The notes under the pieces were generated by a model. That model made no database searches. It saw nothing but the letters and a program-made list of their open reading frames with translations, and was not told the DNA's origin. A stretch of 64,000 bases of DNA from an uncultured Nitrososphaerota archaeon (GTDB lineage: Archaea; Thermoproteota; Nitrososphaeria; Nitrososphaerales; Gagatemarchaeaceae), in contig CAWISW010000003.1 of assembly GCA_963838925.1 (NCBI GenBank), forward strand, positions 576,001 through 640,000, in the 5' to 3' direction. Below are positions 37,580-47,035 of this stretch, one piece after another (the first letter of the stretch is position 1; each line of letters starts with the position of its first letter). Made by a program: the position numbers and the translations under genes.

Positions 37580-38629
37580 GTGTCCAAGAAAGGAGAGACG
37601 CCGTCCGGGTTAGGCTTCTCGATGCCGGCCGAGTGGGCCAAGCACGACTCCACCTGGCTATCCTGGCCCAAGAACCCCCTGACCTTCCCGCCGAAGGTCC
37701 TGCCCAAGGTCGAGGCGGCGTACGTTGAGATGGCTGAGGCCCTCGCGAAGGGCGAGCGCGTGGACATGCTCGTCGACGACGAACGCGCCGAGGAGCACGT
37801 GAGGTCGATGCTGTCCACCAAGAACGTCGCTTATCACAGGATCAGGAGCGCCGACGTCTGGATGCGCGACTACGGGCCGATCTTCGTGAAGAAGGGGACG
37901 GGCCGGGGACAAGTAGCGGCCACCAAGTGGGAGTTCAACGCCTGGGGAGAGAAGTACGACGACCTCCTCATGGACAACGCAACCGGGCTCGAGGTCGCGC
38001 GGTCGACGGGGCTGAGGGTCTTCGAGACGGGAGTGGTGCTCGAAGGGGGCTCGATAGACGTGAACGGCAGGGGCGCCCTGCTCACCAGCGAGCAGTGCCT
38101 CCTCAACAAGAACCGCAACCCGCGCCTCGGGAAGCCCCAGCTCGAGCGACTTCTCAGCGACTACCTGGGCGCAAAGAGCGTCGTGTGGCTGGAGAAGGGG
38201 GTAGCAGGTGACGACACCGACGGCCACGTCGACGACGTCGCGCGATTCGTCGACGAGAACACCGTGGTCTGCATGTCGGAGCCGGACTCCGGAGACGTCA
38301 ACCACGCCGTGCTGGAGAGGAACTTGGAGATCCTTTCCAACCACAAGGACGACGAGGGCCGCCGCCTGGAGGTCGTGCCGATCAGGATGCCCCGGCAGGT
38401 CGAGGTGGACGACGGGCGGCTGCCCGCCAGCTACGCGAACTTCTACATCGGGAACTCCGCGGTCCTTGTCCCGGTCTTCGGAGACGCGAGGAGGGACAGC
38501 GCGGCCCTCGAGACCCTGTCAGAGTACTTCCCGGGCAGAAAGGTCATGCCTGTGAATTGCAAGGAGCTCGTCTACGGCTTCGGGGGCATCCACTGCGTCA
38601 GCCAGCAGCAGCCCGCCTACTCAGCCTAG
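37580..38629 (+). CDS. aguA: Agmatine deiminase
   Basis: MPAEW, WMRDYGP, FNAWG.KY, EGGSIDVNG, NRNP, DDTDGHVD, ASYANFYI, GGIHCVSQQ. Confidence 0.93.
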   Translation: MSKKGETPSGLGFSMPAEWAKHDSTWLSWPKNPLTFPPKVLPKVEAAYVEMAEALAKGERVDMLVDDERAEEHVRSMLSTKNVAYHRIRSADVWMRDYGPIFVKKGTGRGQVAATKWEFNAWGEKYDDLLMDNATGLEVARSTGLRVFETGVVLEGGSIDVNGRGALLTSEQCLLNKNRNPRLGKPQLERLLSDYLGAKSVVWLEKGVAGDDTDGHVDDVARFVDENTVVCMSEPDSGDVNHAVLERNLEILSNHKDDEGRRLEVVPIRMPRQVEVDDGRLPASYANFYIGNSAVLVPVFGDARRDSAALETLSEYFPGRKVMPVNCKELVYGFGGIHCVSQQQPAYSA

Positions 38630-39018
38630 CGGAAGCCCCAACTGCGCTTCACCAGCGGCGTCACCTTCACGTAGGAGCGGCCCCCCTCCTTTCCGACCTC
38701 AGCGACGCCCCTGACCTCGAGCCCGCGCGGCCGCCACGGGCTGACCGTGACTACGTCGTCTATCACCAGAGCCACCCTCTCGTTCTCGAGCAGGTTCCGG
38801 AACTTCAGGCTCTTCTCCAAGTTCCACCCTGTGAAGTAGAAGGCCATCCCGTCGAACTCGTACACGACCGGGACCACGTGAGGCTGGCCCTCCCTCGATG
38901 CCGTCGCCACCCTGGCTAACCGACTCTGGGTAAGGAACGCGACCTCGTCGTCCGTGAAGGAGACAGGCTTGGCGCCGACGCCGTTCTTGCTAGCGAGGCC
39001 CCTGCTCCTCATGGGCAT
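38626..39018 (-). CDS. PPOX-class (pyridoxamine 5'-phosphate oxidase-like, probably F420-dependent) protein
   Basis: LARVATAS..GQPHVVPV, KFRNL..N.RVALVIDD, WRPRGLEVRG. Confidence 0.85.
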   Translation of the reverse strand: MPMRSRGLASKNGVGAKPVSFTDDEVAFLTQSRLARVATASREGQPHVVPVVYEFDGMAFYFTGWNLEKSLKFRNLLENERVALVIDDVVTVSPWRPRGLEVRGVAEVGKEGGRSYVKVTPLVKRSWGFR

Positions 39019-39082
39019 CGCTTGGGCCGCGGCCGGCTAATATGTTGGGCAGTTGCGCGATTGTGAGTAGGTCTCGCCGGCG

Positions 39083-39448
39083 CTACTTGACCTTGGCGTC
39101 TTGAGCGTGCGGCTTTTCCCACTTGACCGCCCACTCGGCAAACTGAGCCAGGATCGCGTGGAGCTCCCATCCCTTCTTGGTGAGCGAGTACTCCACCCTC
39201 GGGGGCGAGTCGGGGAAGACCTTCCTCTCCACGATGCTCTGGCGCTCGAGCTCCGAGAGCCTCTCGGTCAGGCTCGTCGCGCTTATCCCGGATGTCCTTC
39301 TCTTCAGCTCGTTGAACCTCGCCGGCTCCTTGAGCCCGAGGCTGTGGATCACCGGCAGCGTCCAGACCTTGGTAAGCTGGTTCCAAGTGGCGTGGACGAC
39401 CTTGCATCCGTCGAGAACGTCCTGAGCTATCTGATTCGTCTCAATCAA
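39083..39448 (-). CDS. HxlR family transcriptional regulator
   Basis: WTLPVI..L....ARFNELKR...GISATSLTERL.ELE...IVER.VFP..PPRVEYSLT.KG. Confidence 0.92.
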   Translation of the reverse strand: MIETNQIAQDVLDGCKVVHATWNQLTKVWTLPVIHSLGLKEPARFNELKRRTSGISATSLTERLSELERQSIVERKVFPDSPPRVEYSLTKKGWELHAILAQFAEWAVKWEKPHAQDAKVK

Positions 39449-39464
39449 CTAACACGCACCTATC

Positions 39465-39483
39465 TAGTAAGTATATGTTACTA
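39465..39483. promoter_or_regulatory. Inverted repeat TAGTAA-N7-TTACTA, probable autoregulatory operator
   Basis: Perfect 6-7-6 palindrome between the TATA-like TTTATATA (minus strand, about 39486-39493) and the HxlR start. Confidence 0.55.
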
Positions 39484-39652
39484 AGTATATAAACGTGATT
39501 GCGCGCACGCTACCCACCACTCTCCACGCAGAATCCTCTCGGAGGCCTTCAAAAGTGAGAATTCTTCTAACTTTACGTCTGACTTCCAAGGAGAATGCTC
39601 AAAACTCCAATTCCACTCTGCGAGGCCTAATATTCTCCTCACACCCATCCAT

Positions 39653-41119
39653 GTGACCAGTGAAAGAGAGATGGACCGAAGAGCGTTCCTCAGGCTCTCC
39701 GCGGCGACGGCCGGCGTGGCCGCCCTCTCGGTCTACGGCTCCGGCCTCCTCAAGGTGGTCAACGCCTCGACGTCCACGGCGACGACACCTTCTCCCGATC
39801 CAACGGCCCCGATGCCCTCCCAGCTCCAGATCCCCCACCTCCTGCGGAGGGCCGGCTTCGGAGGAGGTCCAGCGGAGCAGGCGAAGTACCAGGCGATGGG
39901 CTACGACGCGGCTGTCCAGTACCTCCTGAACTACAGCCAGATCGACAACAGCGCCCTCAACGCGGTGACGCCCAACATCAGGACCTCCTACTCGGGCACA
40001 GTCCCCACCGGGCAGAACGAGGAGAACAACCTCGCGACCTGGTGGCTCAACAGGATGGTCAAGACCCCGAGGCCCCTCGAGGAGAAGATGACGCTCTTCT
40101 GGCACAACCACTTCGCGACGGCGATCTCCAAAGTCCAGAACGGGTACCTGATGTACCAGCAGAACCAGTTCCTCCGCGCCAACGCCCTGGGGAACTTCCA
40201 CGACCTCCTCACGGGAATAACCTGGGACGGCGCCATGCTCGTCTGGCTGGACGGGGTGATGAACCTTGAGAAGAACCCCAACCAGAACTACGCCAGGGAA
40301 GTGATGGAGGTCTTCTCGACAGGGAGAGGCCCCTACACCCAGAACGACGTGATAGAGGGTGCGGCGGCCTTCACAGGCTTCTCGATCAACTCAACCGGGC
40401 AGGGAGTATACAACCCGGCCAAACACGACAACAGCGTCAAGACCTTCCTGGGCCAGACCGGCGCCTTCGGCCCGCAGGACATCATCGACATCCTCGTGGC
40501 GCGCCCCGAGACGGCCGCGAACCTGTCGACCGAGCTCTTCCAGTTCTTCGGCTACCCGAACCCCAGCGCCGACATGATACAGAGGCTGTCCGCGGTCTAC
40601 TTCGACAGCGGCTACGGCATAGGGTCGATGGTCGAGGCGATACTTACATCCCCCGAGTTCGTCTCGAACCAGGCGTACCTCGCGAACGTGAAGAGCCCGA
40701 CGGAGTACATCGTCACGGCCCTCCGCTCGCTCAACGCGACGTCCACCCCTAACGCGCTCATCGGGACGAGCAACAACCAGGGGCAGCTGCTCTTCGATCC
40801 CCCCAGCGTGTTCGGATGGCCCATCGGCATGCTATGGATAAACACCGGCTCGCTGATGGAGCGCTACAACTTTCCCATCAACGTCCAGACCACACCGGAG
40901 AACAGCGCCAGCGGTCTGAACCCCTCGCAGTACTTCGGGAGCGGGAACTCCCTGAGCACGGGCGTCTCATCAATCGCCAACTCCCTCTTCCCCGACGGGC
41001 TGCCGACCAACGTGCTCTCCGAGATCCAATCCGCGACCGGCACATACACCAATGCAATCCTCATGACCAAGGAAACGGTCCGCCTCACGATGGCGAGCCC
41101 GTTCTACAACCTGAATTAA
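39653..41119 (+). CDS. DUF1800 family protein with Tat signal
   Basis: DRRAFL Tat; HLLRRAGFG, EKMTLFWHNHFAT, AML.WLD, PNQNYAREVME, KSP.E, PPSVFGW. Confidence 0.9.
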   Translation: MTSEREMDRRAFLRLSAATAGVAALSVYGSGLLKVVNASTSTATTPSPDPTAPMPSQLQIPHLLRRAGFGGGPAEQAKYQAMGYDAAVQYLLNYSQIDNSALNAVTPNIRTSYSGTVPTGQNEENNLATWWLNRMVKTPRPLEEKMTLFWHNHFATAISKVQNGYLMYQQNQFLRANALGNFHDLLTGITWDGAMLVWLDGVMNLEKNPNQNYAREVMEVFSTGRGPYTQNDVIEGAAAFTGFSINSTGQGVYNPAKHDNSVKTFLGQTGAFGPQDIIDILVARPETAANLSTELFQFFGYPNPSADMIQRLSAVYFDSGYGIGSMVEAILTSPEFVSNQAYLANVKSPTEYIVTALRSLNATSTPNALIGTSNNQGQLLFDPPSVFGWPIGMLWINTGSLMERYNFPINVQTTPENSASGLNPSQYFGSGNSLSTGVSSIANSLFPDGLPTNVLSEIQSATGTYTNAILMTKETVRLTMASPFYNLN

Positions 41120-41130
41120 GGTGAAATGAA

Positions 41131-42387
41131 ATGAAGAACGCCCGAAGAGACCTGTTGAGGCAGCTGGCCGCGAGAGTGGCCGGCATTCCTTCCGTCACGC
41201 CGCTTAGCCTCGGCCCCACAGTGGTCGAGGCGACGGACGCGAACCAGGCGGCGACGGCGTCGCTGCAGAACGCCTCCAACAAGACCCTCGTCGTGATCCA
41301 GCTGATGGGCGGGAACGACGGGCTCAACACGGTGGTCCCCTACGGCCAGCCGGCCTACCTCCAAAACAGGCCGACCATAGGCCTGACGTCGAGCGAGATC
41401 CTCCCCATCGACGGAGACGTCGCGCTCAACTCGCAGATGTCGGGCCTCATGAACCTCTACAAGAGCAACCGCGTCGCAATCATCCAAGGCGTCAGCTATC
41501 CGAGCCCCAACCTGTCGCACTTCGAGGCCACCGCGATATGGGAGAGCGCGTCGCCCGAGCTCCCGTTCTCGAACGGGTGGCTCGGCAGGTACATGGACGT
41601 AGCCAACCAGCTCGAGTCGCCCGCCACCGCCGTCAACCTGCAGGAGCTCGTCCCCCAGACCCTCCTCGGGGTCACCGCGCAGCCGCTCTCGTTCAACACG
41701 GTCGCGGGCTTCAAGATCGCGCCGCTGACCAAGACCGACATAACGAGCACGGCCTTCATCCAGCAGCTCAACGAGACCGCCTGCAACGCGTGCGGCGAGT
41801 ACAACGCCCTCGTCAACCAGATGATGCAGTCGGGGCTGGACGCCATGTCAGCCTCCGCGGTGATACAGGCCGCCGCGAGCAGCTACAACCCGCAGGTGAC
41901 GTACCCCACAGACGACTTCTCCCAGAGGCTCAAGCTGGCCGCCGGCATCATAGTCTCCAGCCTCAATCCCAAGATAGTGTACGTGACCCTAGGCGGGTTC
42001 GACACTCACGGGAACGAGAGGGCCGTGCAGGACCCACTCCTCAAGCAGCTCTCAGACGGCGTCAGCGCCTTCTACAACGACCTCGCCGCGCAGGGGCGCG
42101 CCAACGACACGCTCATGATGACCTTCTCGGAGTTCGGGAGGCGGGTCATAGAGAACGGGAGCAAAGGGACGGACCACGGCACCGCCCTGCCCCAGTTCAT
42201 GATAGGCGGGTCGGTGAGCCCCGGCCTCTACGGGACATATCCCAGCCTTACCGACCTGGACTCGTCGGGCAACCTGCTCTGGAACATCGACTTTAGGCAG
42301 ACCTACGCCACGGTCCTCCAGGATTGGTTCGGGATCCAGCAGACCGAGGTCCTCGACTCGACCTACGAGACCCTGTCAGTCGTCTAG
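41131..42387 (+). CDS. DUF1501 family protein with Tat-like signal
   Basis: RRDLL; LVVIQL.GGNDGLNTVVP, SHF, GWLGR, GGFDTH, FSEFGRR..EN...GTDHG, DFRQ.YA. Confidence 0.92.
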   Translation: MKNARRDLLRQLAARVAGIPSVTPLSLGPTVVEATDANQAATASLQNASNKTLVVIQLMGGNDGLNTVVPYGQPAYLQNRPTIGLTSSEILPIDGDVALNSQMSGLMNLYKSNRVAIIQGVSYPSPNLSHFEATAIWESASPELPFSNGWLGRYMDVANQLESPATAVNLQELVPQTLLGVTAQPLSFNTVAGFKIAPLTKTDITSTAFIQQLNETACNACGEYNALVNQMMQSGLDAMSASAVIQAAASSYNPQVTYPTDDFSQRLKLAAGIIVSSLNPKIVYVTLGGFDTHGNERAVQDPLLKQLSDGVSAFYNDLAAQGRANDTLMMTFSEFGRRVIENGSKGTDHGTALPQFMIGGSVSPGLYGTYPSLTDLDSSGNLLWNIDFRQTYATVLQDWFGIQQTEVLDSTYETLSVV

Positions 42388-42414
42388 CCGAAGCAGGTAA
42401 GGCTCGCAGCGACC

Positions 42415-43179
42415 ATGAGTCACAAGATGCTCGCAAGAAAGTCGCCCGGGGTCGCCGGGCGGCTCTCCACCGTCGCCCTGATAGCCGGGCTCGTCCTTCT
42501 CCTCCTCGCAGGCGCATTCGCCGCGGACCTGATCCTCCAGCCGACCTCGGAGGCGTCAACGACCAGCAGCACGCGGTCGGCGTCATCCACGCAGGTCACC
42601 ACTCCCACCTCCTCGTCCGAGGGAGAGAGCACGTCAATCAGCACCAGTCTCGCGACCTCCTCTAGCACCCAGGCGACGTCCGCCTCGACGACCAACTCCC
42701 TCACATCAACGACCTCCTCGACCCCCTCGGAGACGAGCACTTCGGCCGTCACCACGTCGACAGCGACGCCAACCAGCAGCACGACGTCGACGAGCACGAC
42801 CTCGAGCAGCTCCACGAGCTCGGCCACCACTTCCTCGACGAGCACCATCTCCACCACCACGACGACGACCTCCACCCAGCCCGGCACGGTCCAGATCGTC
42901 CTGCCCGTCGACGTCGGGAACAACGAGTCGCTCAACTTCACTCCGGCGAAGGTCACCGTAGTAATCGGTGTGAACAACACCATCGTCTGGAACGACCTGG
43001 ACTACGTCCAGCACACGGTCCAGTCCGTGGTAGTGCCGACCGGGGCGACTCCCTGGAAGTCCGGGATCCTCAACGAAGGCCAGCTATTCACCGTAACCCT
43101 CACCGTCCCGGGGAACTACAAGTACGACTGCTCCATCCACCCGGACTGGATGGTCGGGACCATCAAGGTAGTCCAGTGA
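42415..43179 (+). CDS. Membrane-tethered cupredoxin (plastocyanin-like) with Ser/Thr stalk
   Basis: N-terminal TM, about 110 aa Ser/Thr linker, F.P..V, W.N.D..QHTV, YDCSIHPDWM.G type-1 Cu ligands. Confidence 0.88.
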   Translation: MSHKMLARKSPGVAGRLSTVALIAGLVLLLLAGAFAADLILQPTSEASTTSSTRSASSTQVTTPTSSSEGESTSISTSLATSSSTQATSASTTNSLTSTTSSTPSETSTSAVTTSTATPTSSTTSTSTTSSSSTSSATTSSTSTISTTTTTTSTQPGTVQIVLPVDVGNNESLNFTPAKVTVVIGVNNTIVWNDLDYVQHTVQSVVVPTGATPWKSGILNEGQLFTVTLTVPGNYKYDCSIHPDWMVGTIKVVQ

Positions 43180-43233
43180 CCATCCGCATCGACCCGAGGA
43201 ACCGATTTTAAGGGGCCGGCACCGCTCCCGACC

Positions 43234-43878
43234 ATGCCCGCACCCCGCGGCCAGACGCGCCCTCCTCGGGTGAATCTGGAAGCGAAACAAGCCCTCATCG
43301 TCGTCGACATACAAAGGGACTTCTGCCCTGGCGGAGCTCTACCTGTCGCCGACGGGGACAAGATAATCCCTGCCGTCAACGAGCTGGCCCACGCGTTCGA
43401 GAGGGCGGGCCTGCCCGTCTTCTTCACGCGAGACTGGCATCCGAGGAACCACGTCTCGTTCAAGGCCTACGGAGGGCCGTGGCCGCCCCACTGCATCCAG
43501 AACACTCAGGGAGCTAGGTTCCACCAGTCGCTCGCGGTTCCCAAAGAAGCGGAAGTGATAGACAAGGGAACCCTGCAAGCCGAGGACGCCTACTCGGGAT
43601 TTCAGGGGACCGACCTGGCGCAAAGACTTCGCGAGCTTCGCGTGAAACAGATCTATGTCGCTGGGCTCGCGACAGACTACTGCGTCAAGAACACGGTGCT
43701 CGACGGGGCAGCGGAGGGCTTCGAGACCTACGTCATAGCCGACTGCGTAAAGGGAGTCAACGTCAAGCGCACCGACTCTGCAACCGCCCTGCGTGTCATG
43801 CTCTCGCGGGGGGCCATCCGCACGACGAGCGGCCGAGTTTTGAAAAGCCTGGGAATGCGAGTGGCGGTTTCGGCCTAG
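43234..43878 (+). CDS. pncA: Nicotinamidase/pyrazinamidase
   Basis: VDIQRDFCPGGAL, TRDWHP..H.SF, WPPHC, KG....AYSGF, GLATDYCV. Confidence 0.93.
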   Translation: MPAPRGQTRPPRVNLEAKQALIVVDIQRDFCPGGALPVADGDKIIPAVNELAHAFERAGLPVFFTRDWHPRNHVSFKAYGGPWPPHCIQNTQGARFHQSLAVPKEAEVIDKGTLQAEDAYSGFQGTDLAQRLRELRVKQIYVAGLATDYCVKNTVLDGAAEGFETYVIADCVKGVNVKRTDSATALRVMLSRGAIRTTSGRVLKSLGMRVAVSA

Positions 43879-43901
43879 TCCTCAGGAACCCAGACTCACG
43901 A

Positions 43902-45272
43902 CTAGCGGACTATCGCCCGCATCGCGAGGTCTCCGGCCCGCAGAACCATCGCGTCCTCGCCTAGCCCGCCCGCGAGCTGGATCGCAGTGGGGAGTTCCGA
44001 CCTCCCAGGGTTCGAAGGGATGCTGAGCGCTGGGAAGCCGTTGAGGTTGAAGACCTCGGTGTTCTGCAGGAGCAGGCGCCTGAGCCTCCCCGCCTCGTTG
44101 CCAACCACGTCCGAGAGCTTCGGAGCGACCACCCTGGTCGTGGGCGTAGCCAGCACGTCGAGACCCTTCAGGAGCTGCCCGAAGACCTTGATGCACTCCA
44201 GCCTCACCAGGTTCCCACCGAGATAGCGGAGCTGCCCGAGCCTCATCCCGCGCCTAAGCAGGGTGAGGACGTCCTGGTTCATGTGCGAGGCGACCCTCTC
44301 AGACTTCACGAGCTCCCCGTAGAACCAGGCGGCCTCCTTTAGCTGGATGTACCCCCTCGCCTTTGTGAACCTCTCGTAGCCAGAGTCTGTCGGGACCTCC
44401 ACGGCGACGAAGTCCCCCGACGCCTCCATCAGGTCGATGGCCTTCCAGAAGCTCTTCGCGACCTTCTCCTCCGTCTCCTCGAGGAAGTGCTGGGTCAGGA
44501 CGCCGACCCTGACCTTCCCGCCCTGGCGGCCCGGCTTGCGCGGCCCGGGCGCCCCCCCAAGCTGCTCGAAGGCCCTGACCATGTCTGGCATCGTCTTCGT
44601 CAGCAGCCCCGTGTGGTCCAGGGTCGCGCTCAGCGGGAGTATCCCCTCGAGGCTAAGCGACCCGAGCGTGGGCTTGAAGCCCATAATCCCGCAGAGGGCG
44701 GCGGGGATCCTGATCGACCCGCCGGTGTCCGTCCCGAAGCCCAGGACCGCCCCCTTGGAGAGCGCGACCGCGACCGCCGAGCCGCCGCTCGACCCGCCCG
44801 CCACCCTCTCCACGTCGTGCGGGTTCCTCACCGGCCCGAAGTAAGACGCAGCGGAGGTCCCTCCTAGGGCGAGCTCGTGCAGGTTCGTCTTGCCGAGGGG
44901 GATGCAGCCGAGCCCCATCGCGTCGTCGACGACCTGGGCGTTGAGGCTCGGGACGAAGTCCTTGAAGTAGTACGTCGCGCCCGTGGTTGGGAACCCGCCG
45001 AAGAACATGTTGTCCTTTATCGCCAGCGGTATCCCGAAGAGCCCGGAGGCGCCTTTCCCCTTCCCCGGGCGGAGCCTCCCGTCGAGCGCGCGCCCCCGCG
45101 AGAGCGCCATCCCGCTGTGTCCACCGAAGACCGTGATGAAGGCGTTGAGCCGCTCGTTGTATCGCCCAATGTTGTCAAGCTCCTCGCCGACCCGCTTCTC
45201 GCACGTCGTCCTTCCTTCGTTGAGGGCATCGTGATACGCCGAGAACTCAGACTCGAGGATGCCGGATTTCGT
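43902..45272 (-). CDS. Amidase signature family protein
   Basis: GIPLAIKD, GKTNLHE, GGSSGGSA, GTDTGGSIRIPA; frame stays open upstream of ATG 45110 with the conserved RLNAFIT; proposed ACG start at 45272. Confidence 0.85.
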   Translation of the reverse strand, partial: TKSGILESEFSAYHDALNEGRTTCEKRVGEELDNIGRYNERLNAFITVFGGHSGMALSRGRALDGRLRPGKGKGASGLFGIPLAIKDNMFFGGFPTTGATYYFKDFVPSLNAQVVDDAMGLGCIPLGKTNLHELALGGTSAASYFGPVRNPHDVERVAGGSSGGSAVAVALSKGAVLGFGTDTGGSIRIPAALCGIMGFKPTLGSLSLEGILPLSATLDHTGLLTKTMPDMVRAFEQLGGAPGPRKPGRQGGKVRVGVLTQHFLEETEEKVAKSFWKAIDLMEASGDFVAVEVPTDSGYERFTKARGYIQLKEAAWFYGELVKSERVASHMNQDVLTLLRRGMRLGQLRYLGGNLVRLECIKVFGQLLKGLDVLATPTTRVVAPKLSDVVGNEAGRLRRLLLQNTEVFNLNGFPALSIPSNPGRSELPTAIQLAGGLGEDAMVLRAGDLAMRAIVR

Positions 45273-45367
45273 AGCCCTCGAACCTCTGCCGGCCTATTAA
45301 TCCGTATTCGATTAAGAAAAAAGGGTAGGAGGCAAGGCCGAAATCTCGGCCTTCCCCCGGTGGATGC

Positions 45368-46105
45368 CTATCGCTTCTGTCCAGAGTGACCCTGGTCGCC
45401 CTGGTTAGACTGCGGATTGCTGGTGCTCGGGGTTGGGAACGGAGGAGAGACTATCGTGCCCTGCCCGGTCTGGAGCACCAAGGTGCTCTGGCCTGGAGTT
45501 GACGATGTGTCGAAGATCTGGAGAGATACGACGTATGTCCCCGTCTTGAGGAGGACCTGGTTCTGTATCTGGCCAGCGCCGTCCTGCCCTGTCACCATGC
45601 TTCCCAGCGCGTAGTTCGTCCCGTTAGCGACGAGCACGACGTTGTACTGGGTCACCGGCTTCGCATACCGCAGAATGACTTGGACGTTGAAGACGCCCCC
45701 GACCGAAGTTATCGATGCGACGCACCCTCTGCTGTCCGAGAAGGAGATGCTTCCCTTGACGGGCTGGGTGGTGGGCGTGATCGGGAGGACTAGCCTACCG
45801 ACCGTTGCCGCTGTCGTTGGGGGAGTGCATAGCGTGTAGTTCGCGGTTGTCGTGGTCGAAGTCGCCGTGGTCGTGGCGGTCACCGTACTCGTGACCGTCG
45901 TGGTGCTGCCAGTCGAAGACGTCGATGACGTGGAAGTCGTGGACGTCGAGTCCGTGCTGTCTGCCAGCGCGATTGGCGACGCGCCGGCTGGTGCGATGGA
46001 TGAAGATGCTGGTTGGTTTTGCGCGTACGCGGCGATCCCGCCTGAGAGCAGGACGAGCATCGCTGCGACCGTCAGAATCTGGAGTTTGCCTGTGCTTACT
46101 TGCAT
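45368..46105 (-). CDS. Secreted hypothetical protein with Ser/Thr linker
   Basis: Signal peptide, Thr-rich tract, beta-rich C-terminal domain; ATG 46105 about 30 bp after a TATA-like box. Confidence 0.7.
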   Translation of the reverse strand: MQVSTGKLQILTVAAMLVLLSGGIAAYAQNQPASSSIAPAGASPIALADSTDSTSTTSTSSTSSTGSTTTVTSTVTATTTATSTTTTANYTLCTPPTTAATVGRLVLPITPTTQPVKGSISFSDSRGCVASITSVGGVFNVQVILRYAKPVTQYNVVLVANGTNYALGSMVTGQDGAGQIQNQVLLKTGTYVVSLQIFDTSSTPGQSTLVLQTGQGTIVSPPFPTPSTSNPQSNQGDQGHSGQKR

Positions 46106-46222
46106 GTTACATCGGAGATGTACTGTCCGGGACGCGATATAATGAGCCGCATCCTGGAAGTGGAATTCCACAATAGTTGCATGTCTTAACAGGAAATCGT
46201 CTGGATTATGGCCGTAGCCCGG

Positions 46223-46759
46223 CTAACAGCACTGGGCAGGCTCGCCGCCCTGCGCCTCGAACCTGAATTCCACGTACGAGTTGGGGGGCAGCCCGAAGAT
46301 CGACGGGCTTACCTGACCCCGGAGCTCGTAGGTGGGCGCCGTGGGCCCCCAGGACGCGATGTAGTTGCTGTCGTATTGGTGCGCCCACACCGTGTCGTTG
46401 TCCTCCCATGGGAGGATGGCGGAGTGCCCGCTAATCGTCATCGAGATCTGGTTGGTGGATATCGTATAGTTGGTTATCGATATGAGGTCGCTCTGGATGA
46501 CGTTCTTGCCCGAGAGGAAGGTGAAGAGTATCGAGCCGTTCCCGCTCTTCGCGGTCAGCGTCGCGTTGTAGGAGGCCGTGACGCTCGCGGTGGCGTTCGA
46601 GTAGCCGCCTTCGTTGACGAAGAGAGTCCCGAAGAGCGTCCCGTTGGACGACGGGGACAGGGCCTCGTAGGCGACCCCGATGAAGGCGAGGGAGATTATT
46701 ATCGCTCCGACCGAGAGAACGAGGAGCCACCTCCCGCTCACCTTGCGCGCTGGGACCAA
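46223..46759 (-). CDS. Membrane-anchored hypothetical protein
   Basis: N-terminal TM then beta-rich domain with N-x-S/T sequons. Confidence 0.7.
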   Translation of the reverse strand: MVPARKVSGRWLLVLSVGAIIISLAFIGVAYEALSPSSNGTLFGTLFVNEGGYSNATASVTASYNATLTAKSGNGSILFTFLSGKNVIQSDLISITNYTISTNQISMTISGHSAILPWEDNDTVWAHQYDSNYIASWGPTAPTYELRGQVSPSIFGLPPNSYVEFRFEAQGGEPAQCC

Positions 46760-47035
46760 CGGAATCTCCTTGGCGCCAAATTGCCTAGCACATTAATATT
46801 CCTGAGGCTGCGGTTCCGGCTTCATGCCGGGTCAGGCCAAGCGGGCCGGGCGCAAGGCGGCTGGCGGGTCGGCCCGGTCGAGGACGTGGGAGAGGAGTCG
46901 AGACCATCAAGGCTACGTGAGGGAGGCCGTCGCCTCGGCCAAGGCGCCTCCCAGGTGAATCGACCAGAACTTCGCCCTCTTGTTGAGGAAACCTGACTCA
47001 GATGGCTATCGGCATATCGGCGACTACCTAATGTA

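Noticed and set aside
39546-39561. CCTTCA-AAAG-TGAGAA upstream of DUF1800 as a sixth regulon site
   Set aside because: The left half has three mismatches and there is no TATA box at the 12-13 bp spacing.
41780-41795. CNACG in DUF1501 as a heme c site
   Set aside because: It lacks the His of CxxCH.
42560-42880. Repetitive ACG/TCG-rich tracts (also about 9750-9900, 45850-45960, 48310-48490) as tandem repeats or CRISPR
   Set aside because: They encode Ser/Thr linkers and show no fixed-length repeat-spacer periodicity.
46824-46958. 44-aa ORF and GGGAGGC...GCCTCCC hairpin as a gene remnant or ncRNA
   Set aside because: No recognisable family or RNA fold; short GC hairpins are expected by chance at this GC content.
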